Counted from the stretch's first letter, positions 39,601 through 52,503 are shown. The stretch: DNA of 64,000 nt from Phoronis australis (GCA_002633005.1 NMRA01000942.1:23678-87677); one strand, 5' to 3'. Notes: generated by a model from the sequence alone, not told the origin. Numbers and translations are program-made.

Positions 39601-42501
39601 TCGAGCACGTGTGCCTAGTAACCATACGCACCTGCAAGTAGTGCCCGCATACTCTACCAGGATCACACGTGGCTGTGGTATAGTTGTACTGAAGTTTTTC
39701 TTGCCACCAACCGAGAATATCTGCTGCAAAGTCGATCTCGTGATTGGCGGTATTGTAACCATACCGCAAGTAGTTCTGTCCATTCGTGTACCATGACCTG
39801 GACGGCAGTCCTGGACAGTAACTGAAAAGAAATAATTCGCAAGTCATCCTTATCAGAGTGATCCAAAAACCACCATTTTCTTCACTTCTCTTCGATTAAG
39901 TATTCGCTAACTAGGAACTCGTCTGTGGAAGCAATACAGACACTTATCTTAAGATCCTATGAAAACAGCAATAATTTCAAGTTTGCTTTCAAAGATTAGA
40001 CTCATGGCCCACAATAACGAGAATGTAAAAATCGAAATTCCGCTTACGTTGAAAACATGATGCTATTTTGAAAGAACATCACTTGAGAGCTTGCTGTGAT
40101 TAAACTAGTTCGTGTTAAACTTGATTTTATGGAGAATTTTGGGGAAAATGAACCGGATAGGGTATCTTTTAATTGTTGCGAGCTGTAAAGTTACAATTAC
40201 CTGTACTGTGATTTTGGTGTGAAACAATGGCATAAAAAATAGTTCATTTTACGTAACAAACGTCGGACACATTGCAAATCGAAACCTAATTCAATTTATA
40301 ACATGGACCTTGCCAAATATATTGCCATACAGACTGGACGGGTCTCCGGCGTACACATGTGACATTTCTGCAATTGGCAATTGTTATGATCGTGCATAAG
40401 TCAACATTGACGTTGAGGAAAACCTGAAGAAGAATTTTCAGGATAATGATAATGATAATAAAAACTTAAGATAAGCTCGAAATACGACACCAAATCATTT
40501 CTGCAACTACTGTAACTGTATAATTTTGGTGATTTTTAACACATTTTACTCCTATTTTTGTAAAGTCACCAACCGAAGGTGCATGTGTCCCCACTGAATC
40601 GGTTTGTGGAAAGTGATTGAAGGTTAAAGTCATCAAGACCAAACATTTGTCTAAGTTAAGACCTTAATTCGTGCTGTTCATTCAGAAGGCAAAAATTCGG
40701 AGAAAAGCAAATCCATGAAGACAGCGTCAGCTTTCGGTCTTACGTAGCAGAGGTAACGAAATTAAGCCAAGTTTGGTCACATTGGACTCTGTTAACTACG
40801 CCTTAGCAGTATGTTACCGATTCATTAGATTTTGTGAGAAGTTATTCCGCAGTTAAAATAAACATTTGCGGATTGACTAAGTGGGAATAGCATTATTTTG
40901 TTTCAACGATTAAGTACTAAATTGGTGTCAATATCCGTTGACAGTTGGCAACCGGGTTTCGGATCACAGTCTGAGATAAAACGGTGAAACTTCCATGAAA
41001 CGGTCCTTAGAACGCTTCTGGTCAGACATTCGGCATTAGTCTGGGGACATCAAATGAATGGAAAATAGCCGGAGGAATCACAAAACAGCGTAGAACTACT
41101 TACTACCGAAAGTAGGAGTGTCTCAGTTGACACGTGTTCGCCATCATTTGTGCGCGACCTGCTAACATGTCGTCCCATTCCTACAAAGAACATTGATAAC
41201 TGAAATGCACAAGTTGCAGAGCGTCAAAGTCGCAGACAATTTCGAATCAGAAGGATGTGATTTGGGAAAATTTAACGGGAATAAAAAGTAAAACCTTTAT
41301 TTGAATCCTTCATGTATCGCATCCATACAATGTTTCTGTATAAGATGCACTACAACTTGTTTTAGGGTTAAAAACAATAATGAATTGCGCCGTTTTCTCT
41401 CAATTTCCTTAGCGCGCCAAGATTCAATTTCCCTTACCAACTAGAACGACAAAACTATCAGCAGCTCAAGAAAACGGTTCCGAGTTAATTTGGTGGGTCA
41501 ATCCTTAATTTTCAAATTCGAAAATGGCGCTTGTACAAATTACCTGTGAGTTGCAGTCCAATTTGGCAACAATTCAAGATGAGATGAGCCTGGTAACGCT
41601 TGGTGTATAAGCTAACGCAACGTCTATATGTAGGTACTGCACAATTTTATACTTTTTCTGGTTGGGTTAGGGTCTCAAAACGTTGCACTACCCTGCACAA
41701 TTCTATGGGGAACAAACGCTGCACATCACACACCGTGAAGATTGTTTAATGCAACTTGTCTACGTTTTTTCACAGTGTGTCTGATTTCGCGCTACATTAA
41801 TGTATACCAAAGAGTAGCAGGTTTTACAATTTGGAGTTGCACATCGAGTTACGCTCAGATGTTGATAGGGGGCACTTTCAGCATCTACTGTGAAAGTGCT
41901 TGAATCCACACGTTGTAAGACCCTTCTTTCTGTTAGACTGGTTTTTGTCAACAGCTAGGTCACCGTTATGTACGTTATTTCGCGTCTTCTCGCGTTTAGG
42001 AAAAATTCAACGAGCGTTGCGAAAACCAGTAGGACGCTGTCGAATACGCTTGAATAAAAAGAAATTTCAACTTCAGCAGGAGCTTAATACATAAAGTTGA
42101 CAGTCCCCAAAATTTGATGATGCTCCTCCCTGTGTTTGAAAAAACACTTAATTTGGAGCCTGGTTCGAGAGAATCGCATCGTAAAAGCGAGCAGCCAAAC
42201 TTTTAAGTTCAAACTTAACGCGGTTTGACAGTAAGCTATCGAGTTTAGGTCTCCGGGACAATGAATGATACTATCACTAACTCACCATTGTTTTAAATTT
42301 GATATCTTCCGTTTCCAGACTTCTTCTCAATTTGTTGTGCACATCAACAATGACCTGTTTATCAGTATCACTTATCGGTTTGTCTTCTGCAACGACGGCG
42401 CAGTTTTCAGGAGTGTCGTCCGGCAGGTCCGGATACGTGTCGTCGCTGACTGCATGAGCTGAGGCCAGAACGCATAGAAGGAAAAGAGCCAGGAACGCCA
42501 T
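27629..42501 (-). CDS. Complete secreted CAP-EGF-ShKT protein, paralog B, 301 aa; exons 42286-42501, 41104-41180, 39632-39821, 38726-38883, 32805-32839 (or duplicate 35943-35977), 31200-31313, 28263-28368, 27629-27638
   Basis: Eight exons total 906 nt, all GT-AG, phases consistent, no internal stop; ends ...CPNTCGVC-stop. Confidence 0.88.
28263..28368 (-). CDS. Paralog B ShKT exon ([36 protein letters not shown])
   Basis: atacag acceptor, GTAAGA donor; CxD...CxxW...C...CPxTCG pattern. Confidence 0.88.
29254..29490. mobile_element. MITE (PIF/Harbinger-like termini)
   Basis: caggggcctgttccatgaaact / agttttgttggaacggctccctg inverted termini; ttaag-rich interior. Confidence 0.7.
29625..29776. 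mobile_element. Small MITE
   Basis: gggctgtgttgcataaaact / aacttttatgccactaggcc inverted termini. Confidence 0.6.
29911..30084. repeat. ~170-bp imperfect palindrome
   Basis: atagattattacatg...gtggattttggagaattatcgcccg pairs with gggtgataattctacaaaatccac...catgtaataatctat. Confidence 0.9.
31200..31313 (-). CDS. Paralog B EGF-like exon ([37 protein letters not shown])
   Basis: tttacag acceptor, GTGAGT donor, phase 1-1; CxNxG...CxCxxGFxGxxC pattern. Confidence 0.9.
32805..32839 (-). CDS. Paralog B 35-nt micro-exon 5 ([13 protein letters not shown])
   Basis: ttttcattccag acceptor, GTTTGT donor; supplies the required phase 2->1 bridge and the RPY motif that ends CAP domains. Confidence 0.75.
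33743..34693. other. Assembly gap abutting a (CA)n tract (33679-33742)
   Basis: Run of N. Confidence 1.
34694..37870. repeat. Near-identical copy of 31548-33742 with ~1 kb extra (36539-37538)
   Basis: Colinear from the gap edge to the CA microsatellite; the (CAGAAA)n tract differs by one unit. Confidence 0.9.
35943..35977 (-). CDS. Duplicate copy of micro-exon 5 ([13 protein letters not shown])
   Basis: Same splice sites, one M->T change; lies in the duplicated block after the N-gap. Confidence 0.65.
37791..37905. repeat. Compound (CA)n microsatellite
   Basis: Direct. Confidence 0.95.
38726..38883 (-). CDS. Paralog B exon 4 ([12 protein letters not shown]...[13 protein letters not shown])
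   Basis: tag acceptor, GTAAGT donor; CAP signatures. Confidence 0.93.
39632..39821 (-). CDS. Paralog B exon 3 (YCPG...GQNY...[10 protein letters not shown]...CGHYLQ)
   Basis: tcttttcag acceptor, GTGCGT donor; GQN, WxxE and GHYxQ CAP motifs. Confidence 0.93.
41104..41180 (-). CDS. Paralog B exon 2 ([25 protein letters not shown])
   Basis: ttctttgtag acceptor, GTAAGT donor; WDxxLA...C...HS motif. Confidence 0.92.
42286..42501 (-). CDS. Paralog B exon 1: signal peptide and CAP N-terminus ([17 protein letters not shown]...[19 protein letters not shown])
   Basis: accATGg start context, AxA cleavage site, HNxLR, GTGAGT donor. Confidence 0.92.
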
Positions 42502-42538
42502 GGTTTCAGGACTGGCTGTCACTAAAGCGAGCTGTCAA

Positions 42539-42544
42539 TTTATA
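42539..42544 (-). promoter_or_regulatory. Candidate TATA box (TATAAA) of paralog B
   Basis: Motif ~40 nt upstream of the ATG; would imply a very short 5' UTR. Confidence 0.35.
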
Positions 42545-44597
42545 CAATCTGGAGACAATTGCGCTTGATCTCACAGCAAACAGTGAACTGATTGATTGCA
42601 ATTTACAATCTCAATTTTCAACATTAACGAATATTCTAGCTTGTACAGCGGAAGAATTTAGGCGTCATTGCCGTTTCCGGGCTCATTCAGTATAATCGGA
42701 TAATAGAAAGCAACTTCGCTTAAATTTTCCAAGTGAACTACTGTATCAGTTTAAGAGCAACCGCAGACGGAGATCAACATAGACACGCTCATATGTTAGC
42801 CTCAAGTGAACTGCCAACTCACGTTGAGACGTGAAGATACCTGAATATACTAGCCGCATTTAGAACAGTTAATTAACTGCAATCATGAATTAACCTAGAG
42901 CGTTCATAGATAAATAGTGGATTGATGCCGGCAACGTGTATTGTTCCAGCGTTCTTAATAAAGGAGGTACGAACGCTCTTGTGAACTTTTATCACCATCT
43001 TGCAAAAGTTTGATTTTTGATGGAAAACCTAACACATTCAAATTACACATATGAAAGAGATTTGTCATTGATTTATCAAGTTCACTTGCAACATTTTTAA
43101 TAGGTAATAAATTTCTCTTTATGATAGTTCCAACTTTCACTACCACGTTATGGTCATTGAAAAGCTATCCCAAAATGTGTATTTTTATGTGAAAAACAAA
43201 CAAAACCTACGTAAACAATGTTTGTAGAATCAGACCGAAGGACATCTAATTTCATTATTTTCAAGTGTGCTTCATTTTATGTCTAACTTGCAGGATAAGC
43301 TCAATTTAAAAGTGAGCTTGAAATGTGAACATTTAAACAGACCACACCCCCGCACCCCAAAAAATCCAGAAGACAAGACGGTTCGAGGATAAAGTGTAAG
43401 ACTGACGGTTTCTTCCACAGTGCCATCTGCCGGAGGCAAAGTGGTCACCGTGACTGTCTGACGTATTACGACAACCGACAACATCCGGGTCTACCGACAG
43501 AATCCAGATCAAAATCACTAACAAGGAGATTCTACAGGTCTGCATTCGTTTGCAATCGAGTAAGGCGCTGAATCTACTCGACTGAATGATTCTCTAGTTG
43601 GATCAGAGGCTTTTTTGGCTTTGCTTGATTTTTTCAGAGAAGCCTCACTCAGTCATGATAAGCTTCAAATATTCCTGTAATTGAAGGAGCACGGTATTCT
43701 TGAATATGAAGTTTAGGCATCCACTATTTTGATCTCAAAAAGACTGAAAACATTACGTGATTTTTGACAAGTGGCAACAAAACTGTACCCTGCTTGTTAT
43801 GCTAGACATTGCCGATTTCCCAACACGCCCCTATGCCCGACCTAGCACCGGTCTCCCAGTAAACAGCTAATAATATGTTGAATCAAAAATTCGTAACGGT
43901 GCAGTCACAAATTGTTGATGTAGCTAACCGGATATAACATAAACCGTCGGAGAATGTACGAGCCGTATTTGCATGTACTACATCCGTGTTGGCGGTCCGT
44001 GAACCGTGCTTTTTTGGAGCGTACAGCGAATTTCCGAATATAGGGCCACCCAAAAATATGTCCAAGGGTGTATTTTCGGATGGCCATGGGTGTATTTTCG
44101 GCAAATGTTTGATGGATTGTTCCAAAATACTCGTATTCAATGTTACTAGTGCAACATAACAAGCATGCTTACCTTTATGACGCAGCTGTCCCTGTGGTTG
44201 ATAAGTATCAGGAACGTCGGAATCCTGCAGGTGGCGTGGAGGTGAATGTTGAGCACGAACAAGATAAAAGAGGTCGACCTTTACTGCATGAAGGTGATAA
44301 AACCAGCAAACAGTCGGACACCTCCCAAAATACCTAACAAGAACTCGCAAGCATCCACTGTCACACTTCAGTTCGTACAGTTTCCAAATATCTCTCTCTT
44401 TTTGATAAAACGCCCGGGCGTATATTTGATTCCATTTGATGTATTTGAATTGTCGTTTTACAGAATTTCCACCCATGGGGCTATGTTTCCCTGCATGCAG
44501 TGTATTGCGGGGCAGTGTTTATATTTGAACTAAATTTAAAAGGACCGTAAGTCGTGTTCATGAGTGTGGAGCTACATTAATGATTGTGTGAGCCGTG

Positions 44598-44741
44598 CAG
44601 GGGCAGATCCATGATTTTCAAAAGGGAGGTCGGATCATGGATTTTTTAAAAAGGGGGTCCAAGACATCAATTTGAAAATTCTAGATTTGATATCCCTAAT
44701 ACCAAGGAAAAAGGGGTCTGGACCCCCTGGATCCGCCAATG
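44598..44741. mobile_element. 144-bp MITE
   Basis: caggggcagatcc / ggatccgccaatg termini; flanks ccgtg and ccgtt (possible 5-bp TSD). Confidence 0.65.
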
Positions 44742-45054
44742 CCGTTAGCTCTTTGTTTCTCGTGCAGGAAGAGGTGAGAGTAAAGAACCAGCAGCTTCAT
44801 GAATATCGACGTTGACTGTGCAATTATACTTTAGGTGCTGTAATTTACTCACCACGTCTGATTTTTGGAGCTTTGCCTGCTGTCCCCCTCTGAATGTACT
44901 TATAAGAAACAAAAAATTGTGCCGTGCCCCAAAAGCTCAAAATCTGCCTAATGTTTGCATATTTTTATACAGGTGTAATGTCTTGATTGTTTTCTTCTAT
45001 AATGCTTAGTTATTAATTGATAGCTTATTTTAAGTTATATTCAATTTTAATTTT

Positions 45055-46719
45055 AACAAGAACAACGTGGATCATTGAAATGCGCCCACGAATGCACCGC
45101 TAACGTTGTGCTTCTAGGGGTGTTTATTTGGAACATAAAAATTTGCAACCGGATGGCGCAAGATAAGTCGATTCCATCTGAGAACTAATGTATGTGTCAT
45201 CAAAGCTATTTAACAAATTTCATAAAAATCTGTCAAGGAACTTCTGAGAAAACAGAGGAAAATGAAAACATGAAATTGCCACTAAGAGGCTATAAGTGCA
45301 AAACAACATAACTGCCACAAAGAGCCACCAAAGTAGATAAAGTCATCGGAAAATCATCGTCAGACTTCCTTTTACAATTAGGAACATAAATGCCAATTTC
45401 CACAATCATCCTTAGAGTGTTTTGGTTGACACAAAGGCAGACGTCAAATAACAAGACTAGAAAACAGTAAAAATGGCCAAAAAATGGCGCAAAATGCCTC
45501 GAATTTTACCGAAAACCGGATGATAGCGTCACCTCAGTAATAGATGCCTAACTGCCAAATTTCATGAAAATCCATTGACGATCCCTTAAGATACAGAGGT
45601 AAACGTAAAAAAACTAAAATTGCCACTAGGGGGCACACTGGTAGCCCGATCCGTCCGAAAGTCCGTCATCCTCTGTAGTCAACTTCATATAAATACACCA
45701 GCAAAATTCAATAAAGATCCTGAAGAGCATTCATGAGATACAGCCATGGGCGCAAAAACAAACAAAACTGCCACCAGGAGGAGTCATAGTATTCCAAGTC
45801 ATCGGAAAATCATCGTCAGCCGCCCTCGTCACAGTAAGAACATATATGCCAACTTTCAAAATCATACCTAGAGCGGTTTGGTTGATAGAACGGCGGACGC
45901 CAAAAAAAACAGACTCGAAAACAGTAAAAATGGCCACTATTTGGCGCAAAGTACCCCGAATCCGTCCGAAAATGGGGGGATGGCATCATCTCACTAATAG
46001 ATGTCTAAGTGTCAAATTTTATGAAAATCCGTTGAAGACCTCCAAATCTACAGAGTGAAGCCTAAAAAATTAAAATTGCCACTAGGGGGCACACCAGTAG
46101 TAGGAGAGGTCCGAAATTCCTTGTCATCTGTTGTCACCTTCATGGGAACACATATGCCAAATCGCATTAAGATCCTGTGAAAGGTTTGAGAAATACAGCC
46201 AAGGGCGCAAAAACAAACAAAAATGCCACCAGGAGGCGCCACAGTTGACGAAGTCGTCGAAAAAACATCGTCAGTCGCCCTCTTAGTCTTCACAGTAAGA
46301 ACATATATGCTAATTTTCAAAATCATCCCTAGAGCGGCTTGGTTGATAGAACGGCAGACGCCAAAAAACAGACTCGAAAACAGTAAAAATGGCCACTTTC
46401 TGGCGCAAAGTGCCCCGAATCCGTCCGAAAATGGGAGGATGGCATCATCTCACTAATAGATGCCTAACTTCCAAATTTTATGAAAATCCGTTGAGGACAT
46501 CCGAAGATACAGAGGTAAAAAATGAAATTACCACTAGGGGGCACACCGGTAGTCAGAGAGGACTGAAATTCGTCGTCGTCCGTTGTCAGCTTCATAGGAA
46601 CACATCTGCCAAATCTCATCAAGTTCCTGTGAGGGGTTTAAGAGATACAGCTGCAGACGCCGGACAGACAGAGATGACGGCAACATGCGCCCACATATAA
46701 ATATGTGGGCGCATAAAAA
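45055..46719. mobile_element. Non-autonomous Helentron-like (HINE/DINE/pearl-type) element with ~3.5 internal ~458-bp tandem repeats
   Basis: Subterminal atgcgcccac at 45080; aaaacagtaaaaatggcc near 45461, 45918, 46377; gacagacag tract; stem-loop atgcgcccacat-N6-atgtgggcgcat at 46685-46714. Confidence 0.75.
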
Positions 46720-49656
46720 TGGTATGCACTGTATTAACATAAACTGTTTTGGTAGCCTCCGATTTTATTAGTTTCAGTGTATCTATTCTTACAGGGGCCA
46801 CCTAGGACCACCCGTTTTCTTAACACGTTATTGTATTGTGTTTTTAAATAAACGCTTTTCTCTCTCTCTCTCTCAATGGAGTTAGTACTGACAGAGTCCA
46901 TACATTAACAATTAATGGTTGATACGGAAAAGTGCAAAGATAAATGCACCGTTTCTTGTTTTCTTCGTCATTCACGCCCAAAGTTCATCATACGGAACCC
47001 TGCAAACCACGGGCAATACTACAATTCTGGCTCTACCTGATATCATACACAGATACAAACAAATATTTCTTAACTTTTGAGGAATACATTTGTCTGTTGT
47101 CGGCGATAACGTAAGATATACACCTTAATTAAAGAAAAAAATTAGCAGATGTTGCGAATGGACCCTACATAGGAACTGCAACCTTACCAGAAAAAGTTGA
47201 AATTTCCGGAGTAAGAGGAAATGGATGTCTAGTTTTCCAAAATTAGCCTGTAATCCCTTAAATCGTTCTTTAAACAAACCTTTAAAAGTGGCTTACGTTT
47301 TATTTATGAAAAAGCTCGGCATTTACATTTTGGATTACAAAATCGTAGTGACCTATTCCGGGAGCTGCGTGTAGTAAAAGTCCAATAAAATACGTAAAGA
47401 TTAACAGAGATTCAATCAAGTGTGCGTCAAGGTGATAACGCTTCACCTTACACGCTGACATAACTAAACTACTCCAAAGTAAATGTAATTTCTGTTTTTG
47501 TTCTAATTTATTTGAAATGAAACTAAGCACGATTCATAATGTAATTATGTTTTCAGTAGGAAATGTCTGGCAATTTGATATAGGCCACAAGATTTTCTGC
47601 CCAGCGGTATGAAAACAGCCAGGTGTTTCAAGAAAAAGCCCCAGTTTAATTAAGAAAGTTACAAAATTGTCAAACACCAACAGGATAATTTATATAACTA
47701 GTGCTTTGATCGAACTGTGGAAATTTGCGAGCTCGTCAATGTGGGCGAAAGCCATTGTTGAGAAACCCATGCGACTGCAGTGGCCCAGATCGCAGCAACG
47801 ATGGATTGCTCAGCAGCCTACGTGAGAGTTATTTTTGCCCAGTCAGGCAGAGTGCTTGAAAGATAAGTTGCTTGTTGTGTTAGCCGACTCAAAACTTTTA
47901 GGATAATGATATGGGGTGGAATTTTGCATGCTGAAAGAACAAACTTTTTTACAAGAGTTATGCGTAACGTTGAAATGCGCCCACGACCGACTCCGCAAAT
48001 ACTGTTGTTTTTTGGTGTTGATTTGTATCATTAAATGGCAAAAAATACATTAAACCATTAAAAGATGGCGGTGACATCTCTCAAAACTGTTTGTAATTTC
48101 ATCAAGGAGCTCCAAAGGTACAAAACAAACGCAAAAATTCGGTTAGGAACCACACTGCCATAGATGCGACAATGTCACTTGGGGGGGGGGCAGATCATCT
48201 GAATAATGTCAAGGGAGAACGAAAGAGAAAAAATCCTGATTAGAGAGACCCGTTTATTTTTTTAACAATACAGTTTACAAGTAAAACAAAGGCAATGGAA
48301 TACAATACTAAATGTGATATTACAGAACACTCTTTGGAAAACACACAACGTCCTTGCAGACAACGGCGAGCATTGTCGATTTGTAACAAAATCCTTAAAA
48401 CACAACGGATTCCGTTGTTTTACAGATCTGGTCAAAGCTGGTAACTTAAAGATGCTTATCTTGCCTACTAGACTAAGTTACTTCTATCTCGTCCAACCAT
48501 AGCTTACAAAGTGTGTTGACAATCGACAATATGTCCCTTTAAAACATCAACATCATTCATTAACAATGTACAAAATTAGCTGCAGCATTACAATATTCAA
48601 TAAACAATATGCATAGGTTAAACCACAAACATGCGAATACTACTGCGATATACCAACTCGAATTTGTTTTATCTGGGAATGCTCCAACTCAAATGAAATG
48701 AATTCTCGAAACGATATGGCAGTAGTATTCCTAGGTATGTGGGATAACCAATAGAATGCAGTTAAGATAATCCTCCAATGAGTCTTGTCCATTTTTCATT
48801 CGTTGATTGGTTGAACTCACAGGCAGTTCTTAGAGGCCCGTACAAAAGAAAGGTAGTCACACATCCTTTTGAGAGAAAGATGTCTGATCAGAATCTACAT
48901 GCAATTATGGCCAACTAATATAACTGGCTACTGATTGCAATTCATAACAAAATTCAAACGTTTCCAATTAAATGGTTTGTGTCAATTTCCTTAAAATGTG
49001 CTTTAATCCCTTTCCATTTTCAGAAACGGCAGGCATAGCTGACGAGTGATCACTGAATAAAATCATGGAGTTGCCAAGGAAAAGGCAAGACACAGAAGAA
49101 CAAGAACCAAAATTTTTGCCACGCATTGAGCAACATAGCAGACCAATAAGAGCTGTGAATATTGTGTGTTAACAGTACCCACCAAAAGAAACTGGAAATT
49201 AGCATGTGTTCCTACTGGGAAGACAACAACTGGCTTGAATTGTCATACAAAACTACTTTGCCGTCCCCTTGTGGTCCCTTTTGTAGGGAAAGCGGCCTTG
49301 TGTACTCAAAACCTTGCAGGATCTTCATAAAAATTGTTATCCTTTTCCTATCAAGACGGAAACTGGTTAATTTTTGCATGATTTCTTTCCATCTGCGGAA
49401 NAAAGATTTCGGTGGATTAATCGGCACAAGACCTGCATATGCATACGTATATAGCCCCATTGTATGATCTGTGTAGGCCTAACGGTAATAAATCTTAGCC
49501 TGTTAGTTGTTGCGGTTTTAGTCCCCGGCGGTCCTGTTTTGTGGTGGGGCGGTCATGTTTTTGGGTGCGTCAGTCCCATTTTCTGGTGCGGTGGTCCCAT
49601 TTGATCCCCGGAGGTCCTGTTTAGAGGACCGGCGGTCATGTTGTTTCTCACCCGTG

Positions 49657-50184
49657 CTTTTGAGAGAAAGATGTCTGATCAGAATCTACATGCAATTATG
49701 GCCAACTAATATAACTGGCTACTGATTGCAATTCATAACAAAATTCAAACGTTTCCAATTAAATGGTTTGTGTCAATTTCTTTAAAATATGCTTTAATCA
49801 CTTTCCATTTTCAGATCGGGCAGACATAGCTGACGAGTGATCACTGAATAAAATCATGGAGTTGCCAAGGAAAAGGCAGAAGAACAAGAACCAAAATTTT
49901 TGCCATGCATTGAGCAACATAGCAGACCAATAAGAGCTGTGAATATTGTGTGTTAACAGTACCCACCAAAAGAAACTGGAAATTAGCATGTGTTCCTACT
50001 GGGAAGACAACAACTGGCTTGAATTATCATACAAAACTACTTTGCCGTCCCCTTGTGGTCCCTTTTGTAGGGAAAGCGGCCTTGTGTACTCAAAACCTTG
50101 CAGGATCTTCATAAAAATTGTTATCCTTTTCCTATCAAGATGGAAACTGGTTAATTTTTGCATGATTTCTTTCCATCTGCGGAA
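49657..50184. repeat. Near-identical copy of 48866-49400
   Basis: Colinear; first copy ends at the single n (49401). Confidence 0.9.
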
Positions 50185-50229
50185 GCTGTTCCAGTTAAGT
50201 TTCCGCCCGTCAAAAAACCAAAGAGTTGA

Positions 50230-50650
50230 CCCTGAGGTGGGAAGATTCAAACTGGAGCATAGAAAGTTAGAGTTAAGGCATAGCGAGAAATAGACAGTTT
50301 GAACTAGAGCAGAGAGCTATTGAGACAGGGGAAAGGGAAGAGGAGACTTGCAAGTAGTCACCCCTCTGGCGGTCATTCCCACGCTTTTGTAGCAAGTAGG
50401 GACATTTGTATGGTTCCACCATTTGACGAAACTGAAGTCGGTAAGTATTTTCAACACTTTGAGAAGGTAGCCAATACCTTGAATTGGCCTAGACAATGTT
50501 GGTCTATCGTGTTGCAAACTGTAGTCAAGGGAAAAGTCCTACAAGCCTATTCTGTTTTAAAGACGCCTCTGACTACGATACAGTGAAACAAGCTATTCTC
50601 AAAGCTTATGAATTAGTACCCGAGGCATATAGTCAGATGTATGTAGATGT
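50230..50650 (+). mobile_element. Gypsy (Gmr1-type) gag/SCAN-like relic
   Basis: VPPFDETEVGKYFQHFEKVA..LNWP..W..LQ...GK..AYS, then frameshifted DYDTVKQAILKAYELVPEAY. Confidence 0.85.
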
Positions 50651-50936
50651 AAAGAAAATCACTATGACCAAGAAATACTCATTCAGGGACAGCCTGATAG
50701 ATGCTGTCATTGACAGGGTGGAGGAAGGTAATATTATTTGAACACACAATAAACATGTACCTTGGACATCCCGTCATACAAGTAGCATAAACCATTGTTT
50801 TGTCAGGAGCGACTTATTAAGTTTGCTCACTTATAACGTTCTTTTCAAGACACAAGGCACTTATACTTCCTGCAATTAGGCTGGTTAAAATGAACTTCAG
50901 ATACAACGAGTTTTTTTTTAAAGTTTTGGGAGGGTT

Positions 50937-52103
50937 TGTTACAACATGATTTGACTGTGTGTAAGATAGATTGTTGACCTTTCTCTACATTAAAGGACGT
51001 GTACAAGCCAAGTGGTAAGAGTGTGCCTTCTACAGCTTAGTTTTAACCCTAGTGATGGGTTATGTAATGGCAGTGGCCTTTCTAACTCTAATTTATAGAT
51101 GCTTTTTCTGAGGGTCTACTTTGATGCTCCATGTTCTCTAACTATTTGTGTCACTGTTGAGTGACTGCACAAGCATTCTGGGAACTAGTTATTGGTGAAT
51201 GTGCATGCACAAAAACTTTGAAAACTTTGAATTCCCCTATGGTCGTTGATATGGCAGCACGTTTAGGTTGTGGTGCGAAGCGGATAAAGGTGAGATTTAT
51301 TAAACCTACACCAGAGTTCAGATTATGTAGGCAAATGTGCTTGCGGTCCTTTCAGTATTAGAAAAATTCAAATGAAATGTATGAGACGACATCATCAGAA
51401 GCATATTTAAATTATCATTTTATCTATTTTCCTGGAGATGAAGGTTGGAAGGTGTACAGCGGGAAGAACTCCAGGAATTTGAGAGGCAATTAAGTAATTC
51501 ACGTTACTGCTGTCACTTTGTTTAGTCAAATGGTAATGGACAGTTTGCAAAACTGATTCACTGCTCCAATGCAGACCTGCTACTTAGGTTTACTTGCGGT
51601 TTGACAATTGATAGTTTTGTTGCAATCCAAATGGAACCCCCCTGGAATATGTCATCATCAGCGCTATTACATTTGCTGTTTTGGCATTTCTTCTGGAAAT
51701 TAATCACACTTCTGCCACTGCTTAAGTTTGGTAGCTCAATTTAGTGCCGTCCACACGCAGACTTACCTAGAACAAGTTACTCCTATCTGAATTGTCCCTA
51801 GATTTGAGGGCTGTCTGGACGCTATTCAAACTAGCGCAACTAGCCCCACTTGATGCATCTTAGTCAACCTTATCGAGGTAGGGTAAGTGCGCCACTTCTT
51901 ATCGCTGTATGGCACCCCAGATGTGCGCGTGTGCGTGGACGGATTTTAAAATTGGACTAAGTTGCACCTGTGCAAGTTGTTCTAGGGTAGGCTGTGTTTT
52001 GATCGTTACATTGTACTTGTTTATTCAGATTAATTACTTGTTTTGTTTTGCTAGAACTGGATCAGTAACTATCGGAAGCAGGTTGAGGGGAGGACATATA
52101 ACA
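50937..52103 (+). mobile_element. Candidate 3' LTR of the same Gypsy element
   Basis: gggaggg purine tract followed by tgttac...ataaca inverted termini. Confidence 0.45.
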
Positions 52104-52426
52104 GAAAAAAGTCCCTATACATTAAGGGCAAGAGCTCTTTTAATCAGTTTGTGAAGAAAAAAGTGAGTATCCTCAGGTGGCATTAGGTAACTACATAGCT
52201 TTTTTCTGTATGCACATTTTCTTGCCTTGCTACGATTTACTTAGAGTTTTGTCTGAATTCAATGAAAACTTTCTTTCTTGTGACTGAATTCACAGGCTTT
52301 GATGCTTACTCTTTTCAGAATGGGTTTCATAAATTTATTGTAGGTGCATTTCAATGTATTTGATTTGTAGGGTTGATAGTGAGATTTTTTTGCATTTGGA
52401 TACCTTAATATAGATATGTGTGTTAC

Positions 52427-52436
52427 TATGTATATG

Positions 52437-52501
<65 letters not shown>
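52427..52501. repeat. (TATG)/(TA)n microsatellite
   Basis: Direct. Confidence 0.97.

Positions 52502-52503
<2 letters not shown>

Noticed and set aside
43883-44533. 197-aa and overlapping ORFs
   Set aside because: No recognisable motif or splice-consistent structure; likely chance or old repeat.
48866-50184. Direct repeats as an LTR pair
   Set aside because: The first copy ends at an assembly n and lacks TG..CA ends or a TSD; probably contig overlap.
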